From positions 70,526-134,525 of the forward strand of contig CACJLJ010000003.1 of the NCBI GenBank assembly GCA_902594235.1: a stretch of 64,000 nucleotides of DNA. Direction: 5' to 3'. The translations under genes were made by a program, and so were the position numbers. Positions 10,009-18,897 of this stretch are shown here, in pieces (the first letter of the stretch is position 1; each line of letters begins with the position of its first letter). The notes under the pieces were generated by a model. That model saw only the letters and a list, made by a program, of their open reading frames with translations. It was not told where the DNA came from and did no database searches. The DNA is from an uncultured Pelagibacteraceae bacterium. GTDB lineage: Bacteria > Pseudomonadota > Alphaproteobacteria > Pelagibacterales > Pelagibacteraceae.

Positions 10009-11100
10009 TTATTTTTTGATTTGTTTATTTCTTTCAACAAAACTCTCAACGTTCTCTGTCAGAACAGCTTTTTCAACTTGCTCGGGATCTTTTATATTTT
10101 CCAAAGTTCTTGTAATTGATCTTGCATCTTTTCCAAAACTATCAACAACCGTCATAGCCTCTTCAAGTTTTTTTCTTAATTTATAAATATTATCAAAATG
10201 ACTGGAAAATCTTGTGCTTATTGCTTTTAGATGATCATAAATCTCCGTAGCATTTTTAGATATTTTGATACTCTGAAAGCCCATATGTAAAGACTGCAAA
10301 TAAGCTGAAAGAGTGTTTGGGCCACAAATAACTATTTTATATTTTTTCATTAATTCTTGGGTTAATAACTCTTTGGTACTTGGATCTTGATACTCAGTTA
10401 ATTCTTTATAAAGACTTTCTGTAGGAGCATACACTATTGCAAAATTTGAAGTTTTAGGTGGAACAATATATTTTTCCATCACACTTTTTGCTTTAGCTTT
10501 AAATGCACTTGCTAATTTTGTTCTAGCGTCTGCCACTGCCTTTTTGTCATCTGCATCAAAAGCATCGGTAATTGCTTTAAATTTTTCTACTGGAAAATGA
10601 GAGTCTACAGGAACTAATACATCCCCTTGAAGCTTAATTGCAAATTCTACATTCTCACTAGTATCTTCTTTCATTTTAACATTGGTCATAAATTGAGATG
10701 CTGGTAACAAATCCTTGATTAAAGCGTCCAAAGAATATTCAGCCAATGTTCCATATTTTTTAACTCCTGCTAAAATTTTAGTAATCCCTTCTTGGCTTTG
10801 ATTTAATAATTTTACCTGTTCGTTAAAATTCCCGACCTTCTCATCTACTTTGGTTAAGGCCTCAGTCATATCTTTTGTAACCCCAGTTGATAAAGAATTG
10901 AATGATGTCGACATAGAACTTAATGATGTATTGATTGTAGAATTAAGGCTGTCTTTTAATCTAACAATTTCAGCATTCAAATTTGCTACTTCATCAATGT
11001 TTTTATCTGCTTCTTTAGTTTTAGACTTAATATTTAAATATAAAATAGCCAATGTCGCTACAAACATTAGAATTAAGATTATTAATAAAATTGTGTCCAT
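10009..11100 (-). CDS. rmuC: DNA recombination protein RmuC family, with N-terminal membrane anchor and coiled coil
   Basis: Hydrophobic N-terminus, coiled coil, then VPVDSHFP, FAIVYAPTESLY and ICGPNTLSAYL RmuC-like blocks. Confidence 0.85.
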   Translation of the reverse strand: MDTILLIILILMFVATLAILYLNIKSKTKEADKNIDEVANLNAEIVRLKDSLNSTINTSLSSMSTSFNSLSTGVTKDMTEALTKVDEKVGNFNEQVKLLNQSQEGITKILAGVKKYGTLAEYSLDALIKDLLPASQFMTNVKMKEDTSENVEFAIKLQGDVLVPVDSHFPVEKFKAITDAFDADDKKAVADARTKLASAFKAKAKSVMEKYIVPPKTSNFAIVYAPTESLYKELTEYQDPSTKELLTQELMKKYKIVICGPNTLSAYLQSLHMGFQSIKISKNATEIYDHLKAISTRFSSHFDNIYKLRKKLEEAMTVVDSFGKDARSITRTLENIKDPEQVEKAVLTENVESFVERNKQIKK

Positions 11101-11130
11101 GATTCGTAACTTGTATTATAAGGGATTTTA

Positions 11131-11262
11131 ATGGAATATTATCTTATTTTAAAATTAATATTTACAATAGTTGTTATAATTGCTGCATACGCAATTATTA
11201 GAAATTTGGATATTATAAAAATTATTATCATTTATTTTAAAGATAAATTAATTAGAAAGTAA
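11131..11262 (+). CDS. Putative 43-aa small membrane protein (not in ORF track)
   Basis: ATG at 11131 preceded by AAGGGA; translates to MEYYLILKLIFTIVVIIAAYAIIRNLDIIKIIIIYFKDKLIRK; fills the rmuC-hisG gap. Confidence 0.5.
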   Translation: MEYYLILKLIFTIVVIIAAYAIIRNLDIIKIIIIYFKDKLIRK

Positions 11263-11934
11263 TCCAATCAAGTTTTTCAATCCCCTTTTCTTACTATTCT
11301 TCTTTGAAGTAAAAATGCAAGCCTGAGACTTTAAAATTTGTCCATCTTTCAAAATACGTAAATTGTTTGCCTTAAGGGTTTCACCTGTAGAACTAATATC
11401 TGTAATCAATTCAGCTGAACCAGTGAAAGGATATACTTCAGTTGCACCCAAACTATCAATTAATTTGAATTGAGTGACACCTTTTGAAAACAAAAATTCT
11501 CTTGTTAAATTTGGATACTTGGTTGCAACCCTTAATCTTTTTTTCTTTTTATCTTTAAATTCAAATGCAATTTCTTCTAGATCAGCTATTGTTTGAACAT
11601 CAATCCAAGGATCCGGTATAGCTACAACTAGATTAGCTTTTCCAAAATTAAGTTTTTTTATAACATTTATTTTGTTTTGAGTATTTATTTCACTTTCTTT
11701 TAATAGATCAAAACCAGAGAAGCCAACATCTAAAGAGCCATCTCCTAATCTCTCAATAATTTCTCTTGCGTGCAAATATAAAATTTTTATGTTTGATTTA
11801 TTTTTTATTGAGCCTATCAAATCTCTTTCCCCTCGCTCAGAAATAAGCTTTAATCTTTTTTTAGTAAAAATTTTTAAAATATCTTTTCTTAATCGTCCCT
11901 TACTAGGTATTCCTATATTTATTAAATTTTTCAT
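11248..11934 (-). CDS. hisG: ATP phosphoribosyltransferase, short form
   Basis: GIPSKGRL, RVATKYP, GATE, ELITDISSTGETL; lacks the C-terminal regulatory domain and is adjacent to hisZ. Confidence 0.95.
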   Translation of the reverse strand: MKNLINIGIPSKGRLRKDILKIFTKKRLKLISERGERDLIGSIKNKSNIKILYLHAREIIERLGDGSLDVGFSGFDLLKESEINTQNKINVIKKLNFGKANLVVAIPDPWIDVQTIADLEEIAFEFKDKKKKRLRVATKYPNLTREFLFSKGVTQFKLIDSLGATEVYPFTGSAELITDISSTGETLKANNLRILKDGQILKSQACIFTSKKNSKKRGLKNLIGLLSN

Positions 11935-12989
11935 GATCGAGACTTTAAGTTAAGTGCAGCACCAACTGCTGGTACTTGTTTTTTTGAACCAAGATCAGAA
12001 ATTAAATTATCATAACGACCACCATTACAGCAATTAATAATTTTTGACTTAGATTTAATATCAATCTTGAAAACTATACCGGTGTAATATTCTAATTGTC
12101 TTCCAAATGCAGTTGAGAAAACCACATTTAATTTAGATATTTTATTTTTGGAGATAGGAAAATATTTCTGATCAACAAAAAGATTTATTTTATATCTTTT
12201 AAAAAATTTATTTAATTCCTTTGCGGCTTTATTTATTGGACATTTAATTTTCAAAAACTGTTTTATAATTTTTGATGTATTACTTCCTTTGCTTGCCCTT
12301 CTTGGGTCCTTAATTTTTTTATCAAACCTTTCTAAAATTTCTTTTAACGTTCTACCAGCAACAATAGATGATTGATCATCTTCTAACATTTTCAAATATC
12401 TTTTTTTATCAACTTCAACAATGGTTGGGTCTACGTCAGAATTCGTCTCTAATCTTTTTAATAAATCACTGAAATAGTCTTCTCGCCAAAAATGTCTTGT
12501 AAGTCTTAACTTCCATCTTTTTGGAATATCTAATTTAGATATTAAAAGATTAAAAATCTCCACATTGCTAATGGTGAGAGTGCCTGTAGAGTATTTTAGA
12601 TCTTTTATTGATTTAAGTGATGTATTTATTATTTCTTTGTCATCATTTTTTTCATCTTTTGATCCTATAATTTCAAAACCAACTTGATTTTGGATTATAG
12701 AGTTTTTTTTATTTTGAGATTTTCTATAGGCTTGTCCACTATAAAATATTTTTTCTTTACCCTTTAAGTTGTTTTCTAAATATCTAAGACAAGAAGCAAT
12801 AGTAAGATCAGGTCTTAGACATAATTCATTACCTGTCTGGTCAGTAAATGAAAAAATAAATTTTCTAAAACTCTCACCAGATCTTTGAACTATATGATTG
12901 GTTTCAATAACTGAGGGTAGCTCAATATATTTAAATCCTTTAGACTTTACTGATCTTAGGATTTTGTCAGATAAATTTTTTGATTTCAT
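11931..12989 (-). CDS. hisZ: ATP phosphoribosyltransferase regulatory subunit
   Basis: HisRS-like LRPDLT, EYYTGIVF, GGRYD, AVGAAL; lies between hisS and hisG. Confidence 0.88.
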   Translation of the reverse strand: MKSKNLSDKILRSVKSKGFKYIELPSVIETNHIVQRSGESFRKFIFSFTDQTGNELCLRPDLTIASCLRYLENNLKGKEKIFYSGQAYRKSQNKKNSIIQNQVGFEIIGSKDEKNDDKEIINTSLKSIKDLKYSTGTLTISNVEIFNLLISKLDIPKRWKLRLTRHFWREDYFSDLLKRLETNSDVDPTIVEVDKKRYLKMLEDDQSSIVAGRTLKEILERFDKKIKDPRRASKGSNTSKIIKQFLKIKCPINKAAKELNKFFKRYKINLFVDQKYFPISKNKISKLNVVFSTAFGRQLEYYTGIVFKIDIKSKSKIINCCNGGRYDNLISDLGSKKQVPAVGAALNLKSRS

Positions 12990-14364
12990 TAATTAAATTC
13001 TCTTTTGGAAATGTAATTTGGTTATTCTCTCCTTTGGTCCCAAGCAGATTTTTTAATGTAATTTTATTATCTTTGAATTCATTTTCACCACAGATAATTG
13101 CAACAGGACATTCTTTTTTATTTGCATAAGTAAGTTGTTTGCCTAGATTTTTTTTACTATCCAAAAATATTTCAGAATTAATATTATTTTTTCTCAAATT
13201 GTTTAAAATTTCGTAATAATCTTTTAAATATTTTTCATCCATTACACAAACAATAACTGGCTTTTGTACATCAATTTCTAATTGATCTAATTGCATCATT
13301 GCAAATAACAATCTATCAACGCCGATGCTTACACCTGTTCCTGGAATGTCTACGCCTTTAAATCTAGAAATTAATTTATTATACTGGCCACCTGAGCAGA
13401 TACTTCCAATGTCAATTTCCTTACCCTTAATATTTTTTGTTTTAAAATTTAGGTTAGTTTCAACACAAAACCCGTCATAGTAATCTAGGCCTCTGACTAT
13501 GGTAAAATTAGTTTTTACTTGATCAGAATAATTTCCAAAATTTAATACTTCAAATAATTCCTCTAATTCTCTAATCCCCTCTTGAGTAATAGGATTTTTA
13601 AAATTTTGTTTAAGTTCCTTTAAATCTTTAATACTTAAAAAATTTAAGATTTTAAAAGTTTGGTCATCACTTAAATTTGCTCCTTTTGTTATAGCTCCAC
13701 TTTTATCTTTTCTCTCTTTTTTTAATAATTCCTCAACACCCTTTAAACCAAACCCAGGTTTATCAAGTTTATCTATAGCTCTCATGACTTTAATTTGTTT
13801 CTCTTTTTCAATTTTCAAATCTTCAATTAAACCTTGAACAATTTTTCTATTACTTACATTAATAGTAAACTGATCTTTTTTTAGACCACAGTCTAACAAT
13901 GTGTTTGCAATCAAATCACAAAGATCTGCATTTGCTTGTGCAGGATTTACGTTTCCCACAATATCACAATCTGCTTGTGTAAATTCTCTATACCTAGCAT
14001 TTCCAGCCTTTTCATTTCTAAATACGTTTTGGATTGCATATCTTTTATATATTGGTGGAAGCGATTGGTTGTTTTGAGCTACAAATCTAGCCAATGGACT
14101 AGATAAATCGTATCTTAAAGTAATATTTTTTTCTCCGTCACTAAAAGAAAAAACATCAGACATAGGATTACTATCATCCTCTGCAAGAAAGGATCCTATA
14201 TTTTCACTTATTTCAAAAGATGGTGTTTCTAATGGATCAAATCCATATTTGATAAAATTCTTCTCAATAACCTTTAATAGATTTTTTTTGAGAATTAATT
14301 TTTTATTCCATCTATCTTCAAATCCCGCGGGTAATCCAGGAATTAATTTATTTTGTTTGTTCAT
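12967..14364 (-). CDS. hisS: Histidyl-tRNA synthetase (start corrected to 14364)
   Basis: LRYDLSSPLAR, RYREFTQADCD, RGLDYY, GGQY, SIGVDR. The track's start at 14412 lies inside tRNA-His; ATG at 14364 gives MNKQNKLIPGLPAG. Confidence 0.95.
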   Translation of the reverse strand: MNKQNKLIPGLPAGFEDRWNKKLILKKNLLKVIEKNFIKYGFDPLETPSFEISENIGSFLAEDDSNPMSDVFSFSDGEKNITLRYDLSSPLARFVAQNNQSLPPIYKRYAIQNVFRNEKAGNARYREFTQADCDIVGNVNPAQANADLCDLIANTLLDCGLKKDQFTINVSNRKIVQGLIEDLKIEKEKQIKVMRAIDKLDKPGFGLKGVEELLKKERKDKSGAITKGANLSDDQTFKILNFLSIKDLKELKQNFKNPITQEGIRELEELFEVLNFGNYSDQVKTNFTIVRGLDYYDGFCVETNLNFKTKNIKGKEIDIGSICSGGQYNKLISRFKGVDIPGTGVSIGVDRLLFAMMQLDQLEIDVQKPVIVCVMDEKYLKDYYEILNNLRKNNINSEIFLDSKKNLGKQLTYANKKECPVAIICGENEFKDNKITLKNLLGTKGENNQITFPKENLINEIKKFI

Positions 14365-14368
14365 TTTA

Positions 14369-14442
14369 TGGTACCTTGGGTAGGTTCTGCCCCTACGATT
14401 TCGGATCCACAAACCGACGTGATACTATTTCACCACCAAGGC
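14369..14442 (-). tRNA. tRNA-His(GUG), 74 nt, no G-1, non-canonical T-loop
   Basis: Manual fold: GCCTTGG/CCAAGGT acceptor, GTGA/TCAC D-stem, loop TTGTGGA, GTAGG-GGCAGAA-CCTAC T-arm, encoded ACCA. Confidence 0.92.
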
Positions 14443-14503
14443 TCCTTTTAGAGTTATTATCTTATTTTAAGATAGTTTTAAATTATATAATAAATGATAA
14501 ATC

Positions 14504-14549
14504 GCTAGCTTTAGCCAGCATGATAATGATTATGCACAGCTTTAGCTGT
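14504..14549. repeat. Two AGCTTTAGC-centred hairpins/dyads 31 bp apart with a GCAT/ATGC stem between
   Basis: Minus strand: ACAGC-TAAA-GCTGT (14549-14536) and GCTGGC-TAAA-GCTAGC (14519-14504). Confidence 0.6.
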
Positions 14550-14612
14550 TCCTCTAACATATAACTGAAGAGTACAATATTTATATTTTTTATTTATATT
14601 TTTTTTAATCAT
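14511..14612 (-). CDS. Possible 33-aa leader peptide ending HNHYHAG
   Basis: ATG at 14612 to TAA at 14511: MIKKNINKKYKYCTLQLYVRGTAKAVHNHYHAG. No clear SD; could be chance. Confidence 0.25.
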   Translation of the reverse strand: MIKKNINKKYKYCTLQLYVRGTAKAVHNHYHAG

Positions 14613-14652
14613 CAAGAATCTTTTAAACCTAAATTTTTGATATTCAACCCTT

Positions 14653-14694
14653 AAAAAAAGGACACAGGTCTATTTTAATAGATATTGCGCCCTT
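14653..14694 (-). terminator. Intrinsic terminator of cspA
   Basis: AAGGGCGCA...TCTATT/AATAGA...TGTGTCCTT followed by a U-run; the G-U pairs work only on the minus strand. Confidence 0.75.
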
Positions 14695-14710
14695 CTTGTA
14701 ATATTCAAAA

Positions 14711-14923
14711 TTAATCTAATTTTTTTAAATTTACTGCTGAAGGACCTTTTGGACCATCTTCTAATGTAAACTCTAATTTATCTCCTTCATTTAAATATCT
14801 CATACCAGCTGCTTTTACTGCAGACGCGTGTACGAAAGCATCTTTTTCTTTGTCATCCCTTTCGATAAAACCATAACCCTTTTTACCGTTAAACCACTTA
14901 ACTTTACCCTGTATTGTACTCAT
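14711..14923 (-). CDS. cspA: Cold-shock protein
   Basis: [14 protein letters not shown] (RNP1), AFVHASA (RNP2), [10 protein letters not shown]. Confidence 0.93.
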   Translation of the reverse strand: MSTIQGKVKWFNGKKGYGFIERDDKEKDAFVHASAVKAAGMRYLNEGDKLEFTLEDGPKGPSAVNLKKLD

Positions 14924-15005
14924 CTTGTTTTTTAGTCCTTTTTGTTATTTATTTTTTATTGGAGGTTAAATAGTTTTTTATTAATTTCAAGATGTAATGT
15001 TGTGA

Positions 15006-15080
15006 TGGTGCCTCGGGAAGGATTCGCACCTCCGACACAAGCCTTTTCAGGGCTCTGCTCTACTCCTGAGCTACCGAGGC
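15006..15080 (-). tRNA. tRNA-Phe(GAA), 75 nt, with A18 and G55
   Basis: GCCTCGG/CCGAGGC acceptor, GCTC-AGGAGTA-GAGC D-arm, loop CTGAAAA, GGAGG-TGCGAAT-CCTTC T-arm, ACCA. Confidence 0.95.
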
Positions 15081-15086
15081 AAAATT

Positions 15087-15302
15087 TTATCCTCTAAAGA
15101 TTATTCTGCCTTTTGTTAGGTCATAAGGTGTCATTTCTACCGTCACATTATCACCTTGTAAAACTCGAATTCTATTTTTTCTTAACTTTCCTGCAGTGTG
15201 TGCTGTAACGGTATGACCATTTTCTAGCTCTACCCTAAACATTGCATTTGGTAATAAATCAATTACTTTACCTTTAAACTCAAGTAAATCTTGTTTTGAC
15301 AA
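15087..15302 (-). CDS. infA: Translation initiation factor IF-1
   Basis: [36 protein letters not shown]. Confidence 0.97.
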   Translation of the reverse strand: MSKQDLLEFKGKVIDLLPNAMFRVELENGHTVTAHTAGKLRKNRIRVLQGDNVTVEMTPYDLTKGRIIFRG

Positions 15303-15304
15303 AG

Positions 15305-16588
15305 TTATTTTCTCCTAATTCTTTTTTTTACAGATTGAGCATGTCCTGCTAATCCCTCATAATTTGCAAGAGTTATAACTGATGGTCCAAGACTTTCAAT
15401 ACCCTTTTTTGTTAAATTTACATATGAAATTCTTTTATAAAATTCATTTACACTCACGCCGCTCGAATATCTCGCTGAACCGTTTGTTGGAAGAATATGA
15501 TTTGAACCAATGTTATAATCTGTCATAGCCATAACAGCATATTTGCCAAGACAAATTGAACCTGAATTTCTTATTTTTGAAACAATATTTTTATAATTTT
15601 TTAAATTAAGTTCAAGGTGTTCAGGAGCAATTTTATTTACTACATCTATAATCTTCTTGTCTGAATTAATATACATTAAGATACCATTATTCTTTATACT
15701 TTTTTCTGCAACTGATTTTCTTGGAAGATTAATTAATTGTTTTGAAATTTCAAATTTTATTTTTTTTATCATTTCTTTATTTTTTGAAATAAGAATACAT
15801 TGTGCAAAATTATCATGTTCAGCTTGACCTATTAAGTCACTAGCTAACCACTCTGGGTTAGAAGATTTATCGCATACAATTGTGACCTCGGATGGACCAG
15901 CTATCATGCCCTCTATTCCAACATCACCAAAGACTTCTTTTTTTGCAGCAGTGACATACGCATTTCCTGGGCCAACAATTTTATCAACTTTTTTAATTTT
16001 TTTTGTTCCATATGTTAGAGCTGCAATCGCTGATGCACCTCCTATTGAGTAAATTTCTTTGATTTTACATTTTTTAGCTGCATACAAAACAGCTGGGTTT
16101 TGTTTTCCCTTAAATCCAGGATTTACCATTACTATTCTTTTAACACCTGCAACTAATGCAGGGATTGCATTCATTAATACACTTGATGGGTATGAAATAA
16201 CTGAGCCTGGAACATAAATTGCTGCAGAAGAAATTGGTATATATCTATATTCAAGTTTATTTTTAAAAGAATCATAGTAAGTAATATTTTTAAATTTTTG
16301 CAATGAATGAAATTTCAAAATTCTATTATAAGCTAAATCTATAGCCTTTTTAACTTTACTATCTAACGTATAAATTAATTTAGAAATTTGTCTTTGATTA
16401 GGAATTATTTTGTTATTTTTATTAAATTTTTTTTCATATTTTAGTATTGCATAATCTCCATTCTTTTTTACATCTTTAATTATACTAGATACAGCTACAG
16501 TATTTGATTTTATTTGAATTTTTCTTTTATTCAACATTCTTTCTAGGTCTCGGTCGAACCTTTTATTATTGTAAGATAAAATTTTCAT
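15305..16588 (-). CDS. hisD: Histidinol dehydrogenase
   Basis: [30 protein letters not shown]. Confidence 0.96.
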   Translation of the reverse strand: MKILSYNNKRFDRDLERMLNKRKIQIKSNTVAVSSIIKDVKKNGDYAILKYEKKFNKNNKIIPNQRQISKLIYTLDSKVKKAIDLAYNRILKFHSLQKFKNITYYDSFKNKLEYRYIPISSAAIYVPGSVISYPSSVLMNAIPALVAGVKRIVMVNPGFKGKQNPAVLYAAKKCKIKEIYSIGGASAIAALTYGTKKIKKVDKIVGPGNAYVTAAKKEVFGDVGIEGMIAGPSEVTIVCDKSSNPEWLASDLIGQAEHDNFAQCILISKNKEMIKKIKFEISKQLINLPRKSVAEKSIKNNGILMYINSDKKIIDVVNKIAPEHLELNLKNYKNIVSKIRNSGSICLGKYAVMAMTDYNIGSNHILPTNGSARYSSGVSVNEFYKRISYVNLTKKGIESLGPSVITLANYEGLAGHAQSVKKRIRRK

Positions 16589-16986
16589 AATTCATTAATT
16601 TCATTTTGATCTTCTAGTCTTACTTCAATAGTTTCGGTAGTCAAAACAATATAAGCATTATCTTTAAAAATAAGATTTATTTCATAATCTCTATTATTTT
16701 TTATTATATCAATGGCAATTAATTCTAGTATTAAATCTTGATTTTTTTGGTCTATATTCTTTGATTTTACTTCATCTATAAAGTCGAATTTACATATACT
16801 TTTAATTTTTTTTTTTACACTCTCGTTCTCTACTTCATTTCTTTCTAATGAAATAAGGAAAATTTTACTTATTTTAAGATATTTTATATTTGATATTTTT
16901 ATTTTAGATCCAGAACAAAATGCGGATATCATTTGTAAACCCTCGATATCTGTTGCTATAATTTTAGCTAAATATTCCTTTGCCAT
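16585..16986 (-). CDS. Conserved alphaproteobacterial protein (DUF2948-like)
   Basis: Position between murA and hisD; C-terminal IEVRLED; the family call is from recognition. Confidence 0.65.
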   Translation of the reverse strand: MAKEYLAKIIATDIEGLQMISAFCSGSKIKISNIKYLKISKIFLISLERNEVENESVKKKIKSICKFDFIDEVKSKNIDQKNQDLILELIAIDIIKNNRDYEINLIFKDNAYIVLTTETIEVRLEDQNEINEL

Positions 16987-18239
16987 TAATTTAGCCTTCT
17001 AATTTTTGCTCCAACTCTTTTTAGTTTTTTTTCAATATCTTCATAACCTCTATCGAGATGATAAATTCTATTAATAACAGACTTTCCTTTTGCACATAAT
17101 GCGGCTAAAATTAAAGAGACTGAGGCTCTTAAATCTGTTGCCATTAATTCAGCAGCTGTGAAATTAGTATTCCCTTGAATATAAGCTTTATTTCCATTAA
17201 TTGAGATTTTCGCACCCATTCTATTTAATTCTGCAACATGCATAAACCTATTTTCAAAAATACTTTCTTTTATGATTGATTTTTTGTTTGCTTTACAAAG
17301 TAACACCATAATTTGAGCCTGTAAGTCAGTAGGAAATCCTGGATATGGAGAAGTTCTAATATTCTTTTTTTTTATTTTTGCTTTTCCATAAATATGAACT
17401 TCATTTTTATATATTCTTATTTTTGATCCAATTTTTTTTAAAATATTTATTTCAGTTTTAATAATATTTGGATCTACATTTTTTAATTTTAAATGGCCTT
17501 CAGTAACCGCAGCCGCTATTAAATAGGTTCCGGCTTCAATTCTGTCAAACATTACTGAATAAGTTATATCTTTTAGATTTTTTACTCCAATAATTTGTAA
17601 AGATCTTTTTGTTAACCAATTAATTTTACAACCCATTTTGTTTAAGAATTTTACTAAATCATCTATTTCAGGTTCAATAGCACAGTTAGAAAGTATTGTC
17701 TTACCTTTTGCAAAACAAGATGCAATAATTAAATTTTCTGTAGCTCCTACAGAAATTTTTGGGAAGCGAATTCTATTTCCTATTAAACCATTAGGAGCTG
17801 TGGCATAAACATAACCCTGCAAAATTTTATATTTTACACCAAGTTTTGAAAGTGCTTTCAAATGTATATCTATAGGTCTTGTCCCTATCGCACAACCACC
17901 AGGTAAAGATACTTTAGCTGAGCCAAATTTAGCTAGCAAAGGGCCCAGGACTAAAATTCCCGCTCTCATAGTTTTTACCAAACTATAAGATGCAAATTTT
18001 TTATTTTGTCTAGAATTATTTATTAAAAGTTTATTTCGCGTATAATTGATTTTTGATCCTAATGAACATAACAAATCAACCATAGTATCAATATCTTTTA
18101 CTTTTGGTAAATTTTTTAAAATTATTTTTTTACTAGATAATAAAGTTGCTGCAAGGATTGGTAATGAGGAATTTTTTGAACCTGATATTCTTATTTGACC
18201 TTTGAGCTTTTTGGCTCCCACAACCTCTAATTTATGCAT
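16986..18239 (-). CDS. murA: UDP-N-acetylglucosamine 1-carboxyvinyltransferase
   Basis: GSKNSSLP, LPGGCAIGTRP (catalytic Cys), PGFPTDLQ, ATDLRA, LDRGY. Confidence 0.97.
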   Translation of the reverse strand: MHKLEVVGAKKLKGQIRISGSKNSSLPILAATLLSSKKIILKNLPKVKDIDTMVDLLCSLGSKINYTRNKLLINNSRQNKKFASYSLVKTMRAGILVLGPLLAKFGSAKVSLPGGCAIGTRPIDIHLKALSKLGVKYKILQGYVYATAPNGLIGNRIRFPKISVGATENLIIASCFAKGKTILSNCAIEPEIDDLVKFLNKMGCKINWLTKRSLQIIGVKNLKDITYSVMFDRIEAGTYLIAAAVTEGHLKLKNVDPNIIKTEINILKKIGSKIRIYKNEVHIYGKAKIKKKNIRTSPYPGFPTDLQAQIMVLLCKANKKSIIKESIFENRFMHVAELNRMGAKISINGNKAYIQGNTNFTAAELMATDLRASVSLILAALCAKGKSVINRIYHLDRGYEDIEKKLKRVGAKIRRLN

Positions 18240-18241
18240 AA

Positions 18242-18796
18242 TTAAACTTTTGGTAAAGTTACCCCAGTCTGGCCCATATATTTGCCTTTTCGATCTGCAT
18301 AAGTAACCTCTGGCCTCTCATTTCCTTTAAGAAAAATAAATTGAGCCACTCCTTCATTTGCATAAATTTTTGCTGGTAATGGTGTGGTGTTTGAAAATTC
18401 AAGTGTAACGTATCCTTCCCATCCAGGTTCTAACGGAGTAACGTTAACAATTATACCACATCTGGCATAAGTAGATTTACCAAGACAGATTACTAAAACA
18501 TCATTAGGAATTTTAAATTTTTCTACAGTTCTTGCTAAAACAAAGGAATTGGGTGGAATAATACATTCAGATCCATTTTTTGTTACGAAATTTGTTGGTT
18601 TAAAGTTTTTTGGATCAACTATTTCTGAATTAACATTTGTAAATATCTTAAACTCATTAGAAACTCTTGCATCATAACCATAAGATGAAAGTCCATAAGA
18701 AATACTATCTCCTCTAATTTGTTTTTCCTCAAACGGAGAAATCATACTGTTTTCTTTTGACATTGTTCTTATCCACTTATCTGAAAGAACCGACAT
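18242..18796 (-). CDS. dcd: dCTP deaminase
   Basis: [27 protein letters not shown]. Confidence 0.95.
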   Translation of the reverse strand: MSVLSDKWIRTMSKENSMISPFEEKQIRGDSISYGLSSYGYDARVSNEFKIFTNVNSEIVDPKNFKPTNFVTKNGSECIIPPNSFVLARTVEKFKIPNDVLVICLGKSTYARCGIIVNVTPLEPGWEGYVTLEFSNTTPLPAKIYANEGVAQFIFLKGNERPEVTYADRKGKYMGQTGVTLPKV

Positions 18797-18897
18797 TATC
18801 TATTTTTCTTCTTATATTTTTTTTGAAATAATTTTCTTTTTTTCAAATTTTTTTTTAATGCAGAACTTAATCTCTCATTTTTATCTTGTTTAATCAT
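18796..18897 (-). CDS. 33-aa basic small protein (not in ORF track)
   Basis: [33 protein letters not shown]; ATGA overlap with the upstream ORF and TAATG overlap with dcd. Confidence 0.75.
   Translation of the reverse strand: MIKQDKNERLSSALKKNLKKRKLFQKKYKKKNR

Noticed and set aside
14365-14412. Track's extended hisS N-terminus (MWIRNRRGRTYPRYHK) and plus-strand ORF 14376-14564
   Set aside because: Both run through tRNA-His; the true hisS start is 14364.
14520-14600. SAM-II/SAM-V riboswitch reading of the TATTGTAC...GCTAAA segment
   Set aside because: It lacks the upstream GCATTTGAAC-like strand needed for the pseudoknot, and the downstream genes are not sulfur or methionine related.
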